NCBI RefSeq assembly: GCF_964355755.1
Contig: NC_092670.1
Coordinates: 11,270,795-11,334,794, forward strand
Direction of reading: 5' to 3'
DNA from: Antedon mediterranea
Lineage: Eukaryota; Animalia; Echinodermata
DNA: 64,000 nt
Shown: one piece after another, positions 26,098-38,177 of the stretch
Position numbering within the stretch: the first letter of the stretch is position 1
How the letters are laid out: every line of letters starts with the position of its first letter
Made by a program: the position numbers and the translations under genes
Notes under the pieces: generated by a model
Told to the model about the DNA's origin: nothing
Database searches by the model: none
Seen by the model: the letters and a program-made list of their open reading frames with translations, nothing else

Positions 26098-26919
26098 GAC
26101 CACATGTAACAATTTCCCAAACGGCGGCGCCCCGTACAACGTTAAGTTGATTTCACCACGATACACATTCCACTGGAAAACAGGTTATCGTGGCAGAGAG
26201 AGAGTCGTATGTGTCTGTCCACACCGAATTGGTTTAATTTCACCGAAAGTAAAAACTGATCATGTAAGTATGGCATGGAAATTGTCTCTGATGGTCTCAG
26301 TATAAGTAGAAATATAAAAAAAAAATGCAATGCCTAAATTACACAAATAAGAGTAGGCACTTCTTTAAGGAAAATGCCAAAATAACCGTAAGTTATTTCG
26401 TTTACTTAAAGGTGGTAACTCTTTTCACAGGAAAAACATACACATTTAAATTCTCTAAATGATGAAGGGTTATTACAATAAGTCTTTGTAAATGGGTTGA
26501 GTGCTGAACAAGATTGAACCCAGGACCTTGGGACCAATAGGTGATCATAGCCACCAACCAATAAATCAACTCCTACTTTATACTATAAAGTTTTGTTTTT
26601 TTTACCAGACCTAACCAAACATTCCAACATTTAAAAAAACCAATTTAAAAAGCATGTATATAGCATTTTCAGTTACCAGTTTTTGTTACGCTAATCTAAA
26701 AATAATTTCATGGCGATTCATTAAATATTAACTAACTTAGAGTAAATCATCAATTTGATCAAAACCTACTCAATATTCTATTTAAACTATTATATACACA
26801 AGTGGCTTTACTACCCGTTTGCTGTCTCAAATAACATCAATATTAGTTTTTTTATGGTTATTGTTTATATTGAACTTAACAGTACATACATTATTTATCT
26901 GAATTTAAATTTCTCTTTA

Positions 26920-27293
26920 AGCCGATTTTCCACTAGGCGAATTTGTTCGCGCGAATCGAAAGCGTCATGCTATGCACATGCGTATTCGCGTTTCTGTCTG
27001 TCATACTGCCTTCTTCGACGAATTCTAGTTCCTTTGATTTTTCGCTTCAGCGAAATTTACTCGTTCGAATTGTTTCTACTTTTTGCGAAGCGAAATTTTG
27101 CGCTACCAATCAGAGCTCAGGAAATGAGCTATGACGCTTTCATGAGCACTCATGCGAATCGAAATGCTCATCAACCACGCGAGGAACATGAACGTCGCAG
27201 CTATTCGCTATGTAGTGGAAAGAGAGTAGGCGATTTTTTTCTCTTCGAAACGTTGGATTCGCGCGAACAAATTCGCCTAGTGGAAAATCAGCT
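26920..27293. mobile_element. PIF/Harbinger-type MITE
   Basis: TIR AGCCGATTTTCCACTAGGCGAATTTGTTCGCGCGAATC / GATTCGCGCGAACAAATTCGCCTAGTGGAAAATCAGCT; TTA TSD on both sides. Confidence 0.82.
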
Positions 27294-27487
27294 TTATTCA
27301 GGAAATCATATCCGTAGGGAATGTCATTATTAATCATCTTAAAACCCAAATCGCAGATTGTAAGAGTTAAATTTATTTAAGCGACAAAAAAAAGTTTTTT
27401 TTTCATTTTTAAAGAAGCTTCGATTCTACAATACAATTCTCGTTTACAGAAACGCACTATTACAGTAAGTTACTAAAATTAAAAAAG

Positions 27488-30217
27488 TTAAAAATAAAAA
27501 AATAATTTCCATGCTTTCCAAGCACTCTTCTTACTCTTACCGAAAAATGAGGATGTAGTGTCACAACCTGAAAAAGCATGGAAAAGTGGAAGGGCGCATG
27601 CCATGCTTTCACCTAGATGTCTACACATGTTGTTGATGTTATAGTAACAGAAGTGATTACCAGTGCCGAATGCAACCCACAGTTTCAGTTCAGGAAATCG
27701 ATGGCAAAGATTGAAAAATTGACCAATTAGAATGATGATAATGTCAGTATCCACAGTTCGCACCATGATTTGTCTTGCACCATGCTCCAACGAGTGCACC
27801 AAATGAATTACAATCCTGGTATCTGCTTCTTCTTGTGTTGAGTTACTCATGTTGTTTCCTTTAAATATGACTGATGTACCCTTTGTTATGTACACATTCT
27901 TGTTGTCTGTAAATGATTGTTGTTCAACTAACTCAGACAAATATAGGAATAGTTCCTCTTTGTTTTTGGAATTAAGAAGGAAGTCTTTCCACTTGACAGG
28001 TGTCTTGGTTTTTGGTTCTACTTTTAAGCGTACACCTTTACCTCTCTTCTCTCTAGTAGATTCTTTAATGCTTGATGAAATATATCTATCCCACACAACA
28101 TCTATGCGGCTGGTTGTCAATAATTCACGCTTAATAAAACCTAAAAATACTTGCTGGCCAAATTCAAGAAAGGTAGGCGCAGTGGGCAAAGTGTGTATAA
28201 GAGTTCCTCCGTCAAATATTTTTGCATCAAAGCGGTTTGGTGGTTCTTCTTTTTGACCGTCACAGTTAAGACATTTCAGTAACTCTGACTTTGTCCCAAA
28301 GCGAAGCTTACCATCGTCTGAGAGAGCAGGTGGATAAAATTGGTTCTCATGTGAGAAAAAAACAGCAAGGTCGCCGTCTCTTTGCTGGTTTGCAATGTAT
28401 AATCGAGCAAACAGACTAATCTCATCGCGAGCAGCACTTAACTTATTATTTTTCTGTTTGCATTTAGGCTTTCTTGATTTCAGTAGTGCCAGTGAATTTT
28501 TCTTTATGGAATCGTGGATTGACTTGCTTTTGTCTTCAAGTACTTCTTTCTTAAACGTATTGTAACGTGATTTTCCTATTTTCTCTACCGTTCGAACGGT
28601 GGTAATAACCGACTTTTCTGCACAATATCTGGTGTTCAAAATCAGCAGCTCTGGACAGTCATCTTGAAACGGATTTCCAAATCCTCTGATTACTTCAATC
28701 AAACTCTTGCTTTGTTTTTGAAAGGTTAGCTGCGTTGAAAGGCCCTCTTCATGGTGATTGAAATTTACTTCAGGATCTTCTGGTCGCGTGTAACCCTCTT
28801 CAAACTCTGTTAAAAGCCGTGCCTGTTCTGGTCCACTAATCATCCATCTTTTGAATGCAGTAGGATTTTCAGTAAGGCCCACAGGTCCTCCTTTACCCTT
28901 AACCTTTGCATTATCCTGCTCATGTGCCTGATCTCTGGGGATACAGGAGAATCTGTTGTTATTCTTGTTAACAACCCAATTTTTGTAGATATCTTCCTTG
29001 ATAGCAGATGGTAGTGCTTTCATGTCACGGATGTGAACACTTACCCAACGACTGTAATTCTGATGGTCAAATGCGAAAAACAGGTAGATAAGTGCTTCAA
29101 GGGCTTCTACAAAAAGTGGGAAGTTTCTTTCACGATGCGCTCGGATAAAAATAAGTATGAGGACTTCGGAATTTAGGACAATGTCCCAAAATTGAAAAGT
29201 AGGACTTTTATCAATCATGTCGAGTCGCCATCCTTCGAAGCTTGTATTCTCGTTACTGAACATTTCACTTTTCTCGTAAGCCTCACGCTGTAGCTTATGT
29301 AGTACAAGAGATGTTACTTGGTGGGCATGACTTCATAAACTTTTAGCCAATCAGAATGCCGGATTTTATGAATACTCATTTTGGAGGGAAATCTTTGTCT
29401 AGGTAATACTATAGTAATTGATTGTATATAAAAGAGGTTCTATGGACCTTAAATAATGAAATCATTGTTATTATTAGTATTTATTATTCTCAAATAGAAA
29501 CTATTATAACAAATATTGTGATTTATTTTAACTGGTCTTTGGAACGTTAAAAAATAGATTATGTCGAAAAGGCACTGCTTCTCTATAACACTGAAGTTAG
29601 TTGTAGTGATATAAAACAAAATTTAAGTCAAAAGTTAATATAATTACTTCTGGTCAATTGACAAATTCAGTCATTACCTTAATTAATACAAAAATATATA
29701 TTTTTGACAATTTAAGCCCAATATTTTGATGTTATGCGCATTCGGTAACGAAATTTGAGGTTATCGGGTCAAAGGTCAATATTATGATTTCCAGTCACTT
29801 TTGGGAAAAATAGTTCGTTAGACCAAATACTAACATGTATATTGTGAATATTTTAAGACCAACCTCATGTTTCTACTGTCAGTAGTTATCGAGATATGAC
29901 CATACTAGGGTCAAAGGTCACAATTCCGGAAATGATGATTCATGATGTTGTATTAGAGTGAATAGAAACATATGTGTTCTAAGCAATTTAACACTAAAAT
30001 GAACTCTGTACCCCTACCGGTTACTAAGATATGGACCATCATTTTGTTTTGGCGGCCATTTTGAAAATACTCCAAATATGGTCATAAAATACATTTTTTT
30101 TCTTGGCTACAGTGATTTTTTTAATCTGTATGTCCAAGTGAACATATGTGCAAAATTTGAAAACTTTGTCATCCGTGTAACGTTTTTGACCATTTTTTCC
30201 CTTAAGGCACCCCACTA
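27488..30217 (-). mobile_element. Truncated Academ-superfamily (XPG-nuclease type) DNA transposon with a 591-aa open transposase fragment
   Basis: Intronless ORF 29263-27488, with the open frame extending upstream to HAHQVT at ~29330. Motifs: YSRW..HIRDM, DQAHEQ.N, GLTENP..FKRW, and an XPG/FEN1-like EEADTRI...VRTVDTD...FHAFSGCDTTSSF.GK.KK.AW, then an abrupt A-rich truncation. On the minus strand the element starts TAGTGGGG at 30217, consistent with Academ TAG termini. The N-terminal coding region is deleted. Confidence 0.72.
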
Positions 30218-31797
30218 TACAGATTACACACTTTTTCATCCTTCACAGGAAATTTACAAATGGCCGCAGTTCAATAATGAAGATATTGAAAATTTAACTA
30301 ATAATTCATATTATAAAGGGGTTTAAGATTAGTCCTTTGTAGGATATAGACAAGTTTCTTCGTAAATTCTTGAAATGACAGGTAATTGTTATTGTTATAC
30401 TCGCAATACAATTATACTTGACATAAAAATTGTTTCAGACAAAGTTTTATCTTTCTCACCGTGCGCCTCATACCCAGTGAATCCCATCTAAAAACATGTT
30501 ACTGCGCCGTCGAGTTTTCGTATAGGCCTATTTATACAATGTAAGCCTATATATTCATAGAAGAGAATAATAAAATATCGGTAACGACGATACAATACCT
30601 TTTATATTATTATTGTATTTCAAAAGTTTTCAAGTGATGGTAAAATAGAAATATTCAATAGGCTTCCTAAAGTGAAATGGATGGATGAATGCGTTCATTC
30701 ATTGCGCTATTCGTTAAGCATTAACAATCTAAAAGCTCAATAAGTCCAAGGTAGTATGCCTATTTCAATAGCAGACAGAGTGCCTATAATAATAGGTCAA
30801 TGATTTTATCAAACGCATTCAATTGTGGACGACCTACAACGGTAAGTAATCAACAAAATAATTTAACCAAGTAAGTGATTAAGTAAGTTTTAGGTTGTTT
30901 TAATATTGCCATCCTAGATTATTAGATAATCCCTGTTTTGATACGAATTTCAGTAAAGTCGTTTCTTCTGAAAATGCAGATGCATGCACGGAGCGACTTT
31001 GAAAATGGTGGTTTGATAGATATTTTAATACTTTTTTCCGAATGGCAATTAGAACTCATTGGGGAGACCGTACCCACAAAGAACCCTCAGTGGCCAACTA
31101 ATGTGCCATGGCACAATACAATCGACTATAGAATGTCATGCTGCTGACCGGATAGTTGAAACATTGAGAGTTATATCCAAACAGGTTTATAAATTATGAT
31201 TTTGATAATTGGGCTAATATGAATTGACACTTAATCCAACCAACTGTATGGATGTCGCCTTTCAAAGCCCCACCTTTCCATAACATGATTTTATGTGGAC
31301 AAGAAGTGACACACAGTCAACATACTGAAGAGTCTGTGGTCAATCAATTTAATTATTGAGTTCACCAATCATAATCGATGGATTAATCGTTTATTCAATT
31401 CAATATTTCTCCACACATACCGTATATTCAATTAAATTTCTTTTTATTTCGGAAATATCATCCAGATTAATAAACAGTAAAAAAAACTTGAAACTTAAGT
31501 ATAGAATGCTTCTCCATCTACAATACATTATGGAGCATATGTTTGCAAATTTTAAATTGATTATTCGAATTGTCGCTTGTCATTGGTGAACACGTTTGCG
31601 TTGCGTTGTGTCCTAGTAATGGGAACCAAGCTTGACAGCGATGCAGCAGAAAATAAATGTAACGGACTTCAATAAACCTATGTCTATTTAAATTAAGTCA
31701 ATTGAACAAAACTGACTATAGAGTTCACCTATCCATAACCTACTGAACAGTGAAAGCATACCACAGGTCAGTAATTCGAGTAATGATTTATATATTA

Positions 31798-32146
31798 TGC
31801 TTGGTTTCCACTAGAGACGCAACACAAGGACGTAACGCAACGCAAGTGAATTGACAAGCGATGGATTATTCGAACGGTCGTTTGTCATTATAGTTAAGCG
31901 TGGTTCCCACTAGCGACGCAATGTAACGCAATCTACGCAACGTAAGAAAATGCCCTTACAATCATTGTGTTTTCCCCCGACTGCGTGAAATCAAACCTAC
32001 GATGTTTGCAGCACTGTTGCGTCGTCGGTTGATTACGCAATACAGCACTTTGCGTCAATACACCGTTGCGTCCTAGTGGAAACCACGCTTCAACACGCTT
32101 GCGTTGCGTTTACGTCCTTGCGTTACGTTCCAGTGGAAACCAAGCT
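31798..32146. mobile_element. MITE family B with a related MITE nested at 31897-32089
   Basis: Outer TIR TGCTTGGTTTCCACTAG / CAGTGGAAACCAAGCT with TTA flanks. Inner TIR AGCGTGGTTCCCACTAG / CTAGTGGAAACCACGCT with TTA/TCA flanks. Confidence 0.75.
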
Positions 32147-32708
32147 TTATTAAGCGGCACGAATAGGTATCATAGCCATTAGTCATCAAAGCTGGTTTTC
32201 CCTGCTGATTACTACGGTACGGTACCGATGCTACAAATGTCCTCCACTTTTTGTGCAACCGATTTTTTGATCAAATTTATCATTTTTTTCAACATTTATA
32301 TATTCAGCTTCTTGCGACAGCACCTTTATGATATAATGTTCTAAAAAATCAAATGACCCTTTTTATTGCAGCCTCCTTTCCTCCATTTCGATACGATTTC
32401 CAACGGCCTTTTGCAATTCCAGTTACTTAAATTCCGCGCGCATTCACGTTGTATTGTTAACCTTGCTCTGCTACCATTTTAAAATATAATAGTTAATTAT
32501 ATCTTAACCGTAATATAGTAATATTAAATAACGATTATTTATTTACCTAACGTTTTGCCAACTATCAGTTGGCTTTCTCAAAGTGTAGTGACACGTATGT
32601 CACCGTTGACATCTAGATGACGGGTCAACACATTGGTCCACACTTGACTGAGTTTGTAACCGCCCTAATCTCAATGAACAAATGAACTATTCTTCTGAAC
32701 AATCACTA

Positions 32709-32853
32709 TGCTTGGTTCCCATTAGACGCAACGTAAGTGAGTTGACCAATCACAAACGATGGATTATTCGAACTGACGTTTGTCATTGGTCAACAACCTT
32801 AGGCCCTACATTGCGTTTACGTCCCTGCGTTGCGTCCTAGTGGGAACCAAGCT
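32709..32853. mobile_element. MITE family B just upstream of the ASNS copy 2 ATG
   Basis: TGCTTGGTTCCCATTAG ... CTAGTGGGAACCAAGCT. Confidence 0.75.
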
Positions 32854-32918
32854 TGATTATTTTACAACTATTATTTAAGGTACTGTTTTGTTTGTATCTT
32901 TAAAGAAGTTACGTCATA

Positions 32919-35900
32919 ATGTGTGGAATTTGGGGAATATTCGGAAGTGATGAGGATCTGCAGACGTATTTCCAGAAAGCGTATTCAATACGTCACAGAG
33001 GTCCTGATGCTTTTACTCTGACAAATATTGAGAAATTCACTAATTGTTTACTGTGCTTCCATCGGTTGGCGATTACTGACAGCAGTGGACTCGGAAATCA
33101 ACCAATGATGATCAAGGATTTTCCACATATTATTACAATGTGCAACGGTGAACTTTATAATTATAAAAAGGTATGAAATGTACAGCAGACCTATTGTTTA
33201 AAAAGTTAGCGAGTTGGCAAATAAAAAATGTTGTAAATTTGCTAGGCTACACTAGCAAACTTTTATTTGCAAAATTTAAGTTTATCAAGAAAAGTTTTTC
33301 AAGGTTTACTCAGTAGATCAGTTGACAAACCTTGGCAAACTGCAAAGAAAACAAATGTGCAGAATTTTAAATTGTGATTTATTATTTGTAATAACATAGG
33401 CCTACATGTCTGTCTATTATTAGTCGAATAGTTTCTACTTTTTGCAAAGCGAAAATTGTGGAACAAAGACACGCGTTAGAAATGGAAATCGTAGCTATTC
33501 GTTTCAGTAGTGAAACATAATAAAATAATATTTATTTGTTTGCAATATTGAATTGCACTGGTTTTAAACACGATATGTAATGTATCACTGAATTACAGTA
33601 CTATTAAACATCGTATTACGTATTTAGTTTAGTTAATTGTTTCAAATGTAGAGGACAAGTTTGAAAATGAATTCAATTCACTGTGAACTGTTGTTATTCT
33701 TTCTAAAAATTCAGTTATAAAACAAATAAATTCGGTGTTTTTCAGTTACGTGACCAGTATAATTTCAACTTTACTAGCGACTGTGATTGTGAAATTCTTA
33801 TCCACTTGTATGCTTATGGCGGAATAGATTTTATGGTCAAAATGCTTGATGGAGTGTATGCATTCTGTGTCGTTGATACACAGGCTAAAAAGGTATAAAC
33901 CACTTTTACAGTGTACTAATTCCCACTTCCACTTCTAATACCACCACCTCAACTACGACTACCACTTCCATTTCTAACACCACTTCTACCTCCACTACTA
34001 CTATAATATAACTTCCACTTCTAATACCACCACCTCAACTACGACTACCACTTCCATTTCTAACAACACTTCTACCTCCACTACTACTATAATATAACTT
34101 CCACTTCTAATACCACTTCCACTACTACCCACTTCCACTTCATTAATTTCCTGCTACTACAACTTTTACTACGAATACTGCTTACTTCCACTACCACTAA
34201 TAGTAGAATTACTACTACCACTTTTAATAACACTACACTTCCATTTGTACTATCACTTCGAATACGTACTACCACTATCACTACTACTTCCATTTGTACT
34301 ATCACTTCGAATACGTATACTACCACTATCACTACTACTTCCACTTGTACTATCACTTCGAATACGTACTACCACTATCACTACTACTTCCACTTGTACT
34401 ATCACTTCGAATACGTATACTACCACTATCACTACTACTTCCACTTGTACTATCACTTCGAATACGTACTATCACTATCACTACTTCTATCACTTCTACT
34501 AACTGTAGTCACGTTACTTCTACTTCCATTTCTACTATCATTACTACTCCCACTTTTATTCTACTAATAAATGTCTATTCCACTTTTACTACTAATGTCT
34601 ATTCCCCTTTTCCTGCTGCTGCTACTGCTGCTGCTACTCTGCTACTGCTCGTAGGACTACTACTACTGTAATACATACTGCTCAAATTGTTTTACCGTTA
34701 TTCCACAACCACTAATGTAATATAACGATATACTTTTATATTTAAGAAATCGACCTTTGTATCAGAATTCAAATAAGTTCACAAACTTGACCCAGAAAGT
34801 CCAGAGGAGAGTTTGTCCAGATGTTTTAAAAGTCCATTTAGCTCATAATTAAATCCCAAAAGTAAACAGTTTATTTGACCTCTCTAACTGTTCCCATTGT
34901 AAAACAATTAGATATTGACAGTTTTAAGCAAAGATTCGACAGGGCCAATTCATCATTGTAACCTCCCCAGATAAGATCAATCACTCCCACCTAAACACCC
35001 CTGGATCAACTTAGGACCAATCGTTACCCTCACAGATTACGTAGTGACATATGCAAATGAACCAAAGCCAATATACCCCCAAGTTTCAGAAGAGCCCAGA
35101 CACACCTTACAGCCACCTCACGGAGCACACATCTTACAGCCACCTCACGGAGCACACACCTTACAGCCACCTCACGGAGCACACACCTTACAGCCACTTC
35201 TTCAGAAGCAGACCTACACACTTCACACCTCACCGACAGCATCACTGATCCTCCGTTCCTTATCTATACTTATAGTTTTATATTGTACTGAAGTATTATA
35301 CTGAATAAACAATATGTGTTACGACAGTTAAGCGAGTAAGAGTCTTCATTAGTACCTCAAAACAACACTATATTACACTAATACTTCCAAATAATATACT
35401 ACCTTATAAACTATACCCACTAAAATTACTACTTTGAGTTATACTATCTCTAACACCTACTAATCATAATACTTCTACTACTACCTACCACTACTACTTC
35501 CAATATAACTGTTTTCTTTGTTTACAGGTGTACATTGGACGTGACACTATTGGAGTTCGCCCAATGTATCGTTCGTATCAAGAACAACGAGGTTTTCTTG
35601 CCTTCTCATCTGAAGCGAAAGGGATAGTTGATCTTAACTGCTTAAAAACAGAAATTACACCTCTACTACCTGGACTATACGAAGAGTATGATGTGGGACT
35701 TGATGGAAAAGCTTCATTTGTAGAGAGAAAAAGGTTTCATTCAATCGAAAAACTACCTAAATGGGCAGACACCTCATGCCCAATGCCTACAGGTAAGCTT
35801 CTTTAATTTATCTTTTTATAAAAAAATTAAATCAGCTTAAACATGTGTTTCTTGTCTTAAAAATGTCTGACATTGTACGATTATGCATAGTGTTAATTAA

Positions 35901-38060
35901 CTAATTCATTATAGGAGACGATCACGCTGCTAACATTCGACTCTTGTTTACCGAGGCTGTAAGAAAGAGATTTATGTCAAAGAGAAGAATCGGTTGCTTT
36001 CTATCAGGTAAAATCTTCTAATTGTCTATACATTTTTTTTGATAAGAATTAGACATAGACATAACAGAAAGATATCATTAGCAAAGATTTTGTGACAGAA
36101 AGTATTTTACCGAATGATGACCATTGTTTACGAAACAAATTTGCATTTTTTCTCTTTTAATGTTAGGTGGTTTGGATTCAAGCTTGGTATCTGCGTTAGC
36201 AGCAAAATTCGCCAAAGAAAATGGAGTAAAGTATGCGTTGCAGACGTTTTCAGTTGGCTTGGAAGGAAGTACAGACGTTGCTGCTGCCCGCAAAGTTGCA
36301 GCACATATTGGCAGTGAACATCATGAGATTGTGATTACTCCAGAAGAAGGCACTGGAATTATTGAAGACGTGATATATTCTTTGGAATCTTATGATATTA
36401 TTACTCTACGTGGATCTATTGGTAATCTTTTTTATTCAACCGTAAAATTCAATTCAACGTTTCTATTAAAAGGCCAAATCATTGTAAACAATTTGATAAT
36501 GTGTCCTTTGTTGCACGTAATAGGCTGATGAATAAATAAATTCAACTATTTGCTTGACGTAGTGTTCTATTATGCTCTCAATGTATTTTGATCCCATTTT
36601 TACTGTCACTAATTGTTTACATTTAGCAATGTACCTAGTTGCAAAGTACATCAAAGAGAAGACTGACACAGTTGTAGTATACTCTGGTGAAGGCTCTGAC
36701 GAACTTTTTCAAGGATACATTAACTTTCATCTTGCTTCAAGCCCAGAAGAAGCAGACGAAGAGAGCCGTCGCCTACTTAACGATTTGTACTTGTTTGATG
36801 TTCAAAGGAGTGATAAAATACCGGCAGCTCACGGGTTAGGAGAATTTAACATTTAGAATACCATTGAAATGAATAATGAACAAATAATTATTGATAATTC
36901 TCTATTCTACATTTTACAATTTAAAGAACACTTTTTCTAACTAATTCAAAGATTATCTTTGCATATTTCAGACTTGAAATACGTGTTCCATTTTTGGACC
37001 ATCATCTTATATCCTACGTTCTATCCATTCCTCAACAAGAACGTGGACCTCGTTTTGGCATAGAGAAGTATCTTCTTCGCAAAGCTTTTGATGGAACTAG
37101 ACTGCTTCCTGATGAGATCCTATGGAGACCTAAAGAAGGATTTAGTGAAGGCGTTTCTTCCACTAAAAAATCCTGGAACGTCGTGTTGAAAGAGTTTGTA
37201 GAGGATAAGGTAAGTTTTAACCAATTAAGAACATATTGAAAACTATCGTTCCTACACTATAGGGTTCAAGCATTGGCGTACAACTCTCATTTACTGATGT
37301 TGTGGCACTCTTCACGATTGCCAGCAGAACCGTACAGGGAAAATATTTTCATTCATTAGAATGTTTGAATATTATATGACTCGTTATTTTATTTTACACC
37401 TATCTAAAATCACAATAGCACTAAAATAGTTATATTTTATTCGTTTGTTAACCATTCTCTTTTGAATCGGTGGCAATCAAACGAAATGCCATATTCGGTT
37501 GGTTTGAGTGATTTAAACATCAAAGGTTGCATTATTTTCCCCCACCGTGTTAAGACAGGAACTCAATAAAGGGTCTTTCACACCGGTTTCGGTCTGGCAC
37601 CGTCAAATCAAGTCGCCGACGCCAATGTTTCGTTTTCCACGCGGCTACGCTCATATCAATTTGCGCATAGCCGCGTGGAGCGTCGTGAAAACGAAACATT
37701 GGCGTTCGACTTGATTTGCCGGTGCCGGACAGGAACCGTCCAGGAATAGGTGTGAAAGACCCTTAATGCATGAACATAATTATTACTTTATTAGAGTATT
37801 ATAATCATTAATGTTTGTATTTCTTTTAGGTTACTGAAAGCATGATGAAAGAGGCACCGTCACTGTTCCCATTCAATACTCCGACAACAAAAGAAGCCTT
37901 CTATTACAGACAGATATTTGAACGTCGATTTGGGAACCACTCTTCGTGGATTCCCTACATGTGGTGGCCCAAATGGACGAACATGGTAGACCCATCTGCT
38001 CGTGGAATGAAGCACTATAAAAAAAGTGTTCATAACTGTGATGACGCTAATTCTTCATAG
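32919..38060 (+). CDS. ASNS: Asparagine synthetase [glutamine-hydrolysing]-like, tandem copy 2 (8 coding exons, ~562 aa)
   Basis: Exons 32919-33170, 33746-33892, 35528-35792, 35915-36007, 36167-36421, 36627-36834, 36972-37209, 37830-38060 (1689 nt). Intron positions and phases are identical to copy 1, with the same catalytic motifs (MCGIW, NGELYN, SGGLDSS, SGEGSDE, RVPFLD, DPSAR). Confidence 0.93.
33920..34500. repeat. ACT/CCA-rich compound minisatellite in ASNS copy 2 intron 2
   Basis: A ~90-bp duplication (33925-34130), followed by alternating 47/49-bp units TTGTACTATCACTTCGAATACGTA(TA)CTACCACTATCACTACTACTTCCA (34244-34490). Confidence 0.85.
35100..35197. repeat. 27-bp minisatellite, about 3.5 copies
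   Basis: CACACCTTACAGCCACCTCACGGAGCA units. Confidence 0.9.
37570..37763. mobile_element. PIF/Harbinger-type palindromic MITE in ASNS copy 2 intron 7
   Basis: AGGGTCTTTCACACC ... GGTGTGAAAGACCCT; the whole element is an imperfect hairpin; TAA TSD. Confidence 0.82.
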
Positions 38061-38114
38061 TTATATTTATTCGTAACGAAAACATGTGACAATGAAAATA
38101 ATAATAATTTCTCT

Positions 38115-38177
38115 AACTAGAGGGTGAGCTCGCTTCGCTCGCTCCCCCTCTAGGAAGTGTAGAAGATGGTTCTCGAA
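38115..38177 (-). mobile_element. Helitron/Helentron-type 3' terminus
   Basis: On the minus strand GAGCGAGCGAAGCGAGC sits within a CTAGAGGG..CCCTCTAG hairpin ending CTAGTT. The same motif plus AGATGGTTCTCGAA recurs at 45295-45356. Confidence 0.5.

Noticed and set aside
26350-26395. Possible second terminus of the Academ element
   Set aside because: Only weak similarity (TTAAGG..AAAATG.CAAAA) to the 30217 end, with no convincing TIR or TSD.
26755-27333. 192-aa ORF and overlapping ORFs
   Set aside because: It spans AT-rich flank plus a Harbinger MITE and has no recognisable protein features.
27849-28256. 135-aa plus-strand ORF
   Set aside because: Antisense shadow of the Academ transposase frame.
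30938-31340. Possible decayed coding fragment upstream of ASNS copy 2
   Set aside because: Multiple stops in all frames and no recognisable family by eye.
34087-35304. Repetitive Thr/Val/His-rich ORFs
   Set aside because: Translations of minisatellites inside ASNS copy 2 intron 2.
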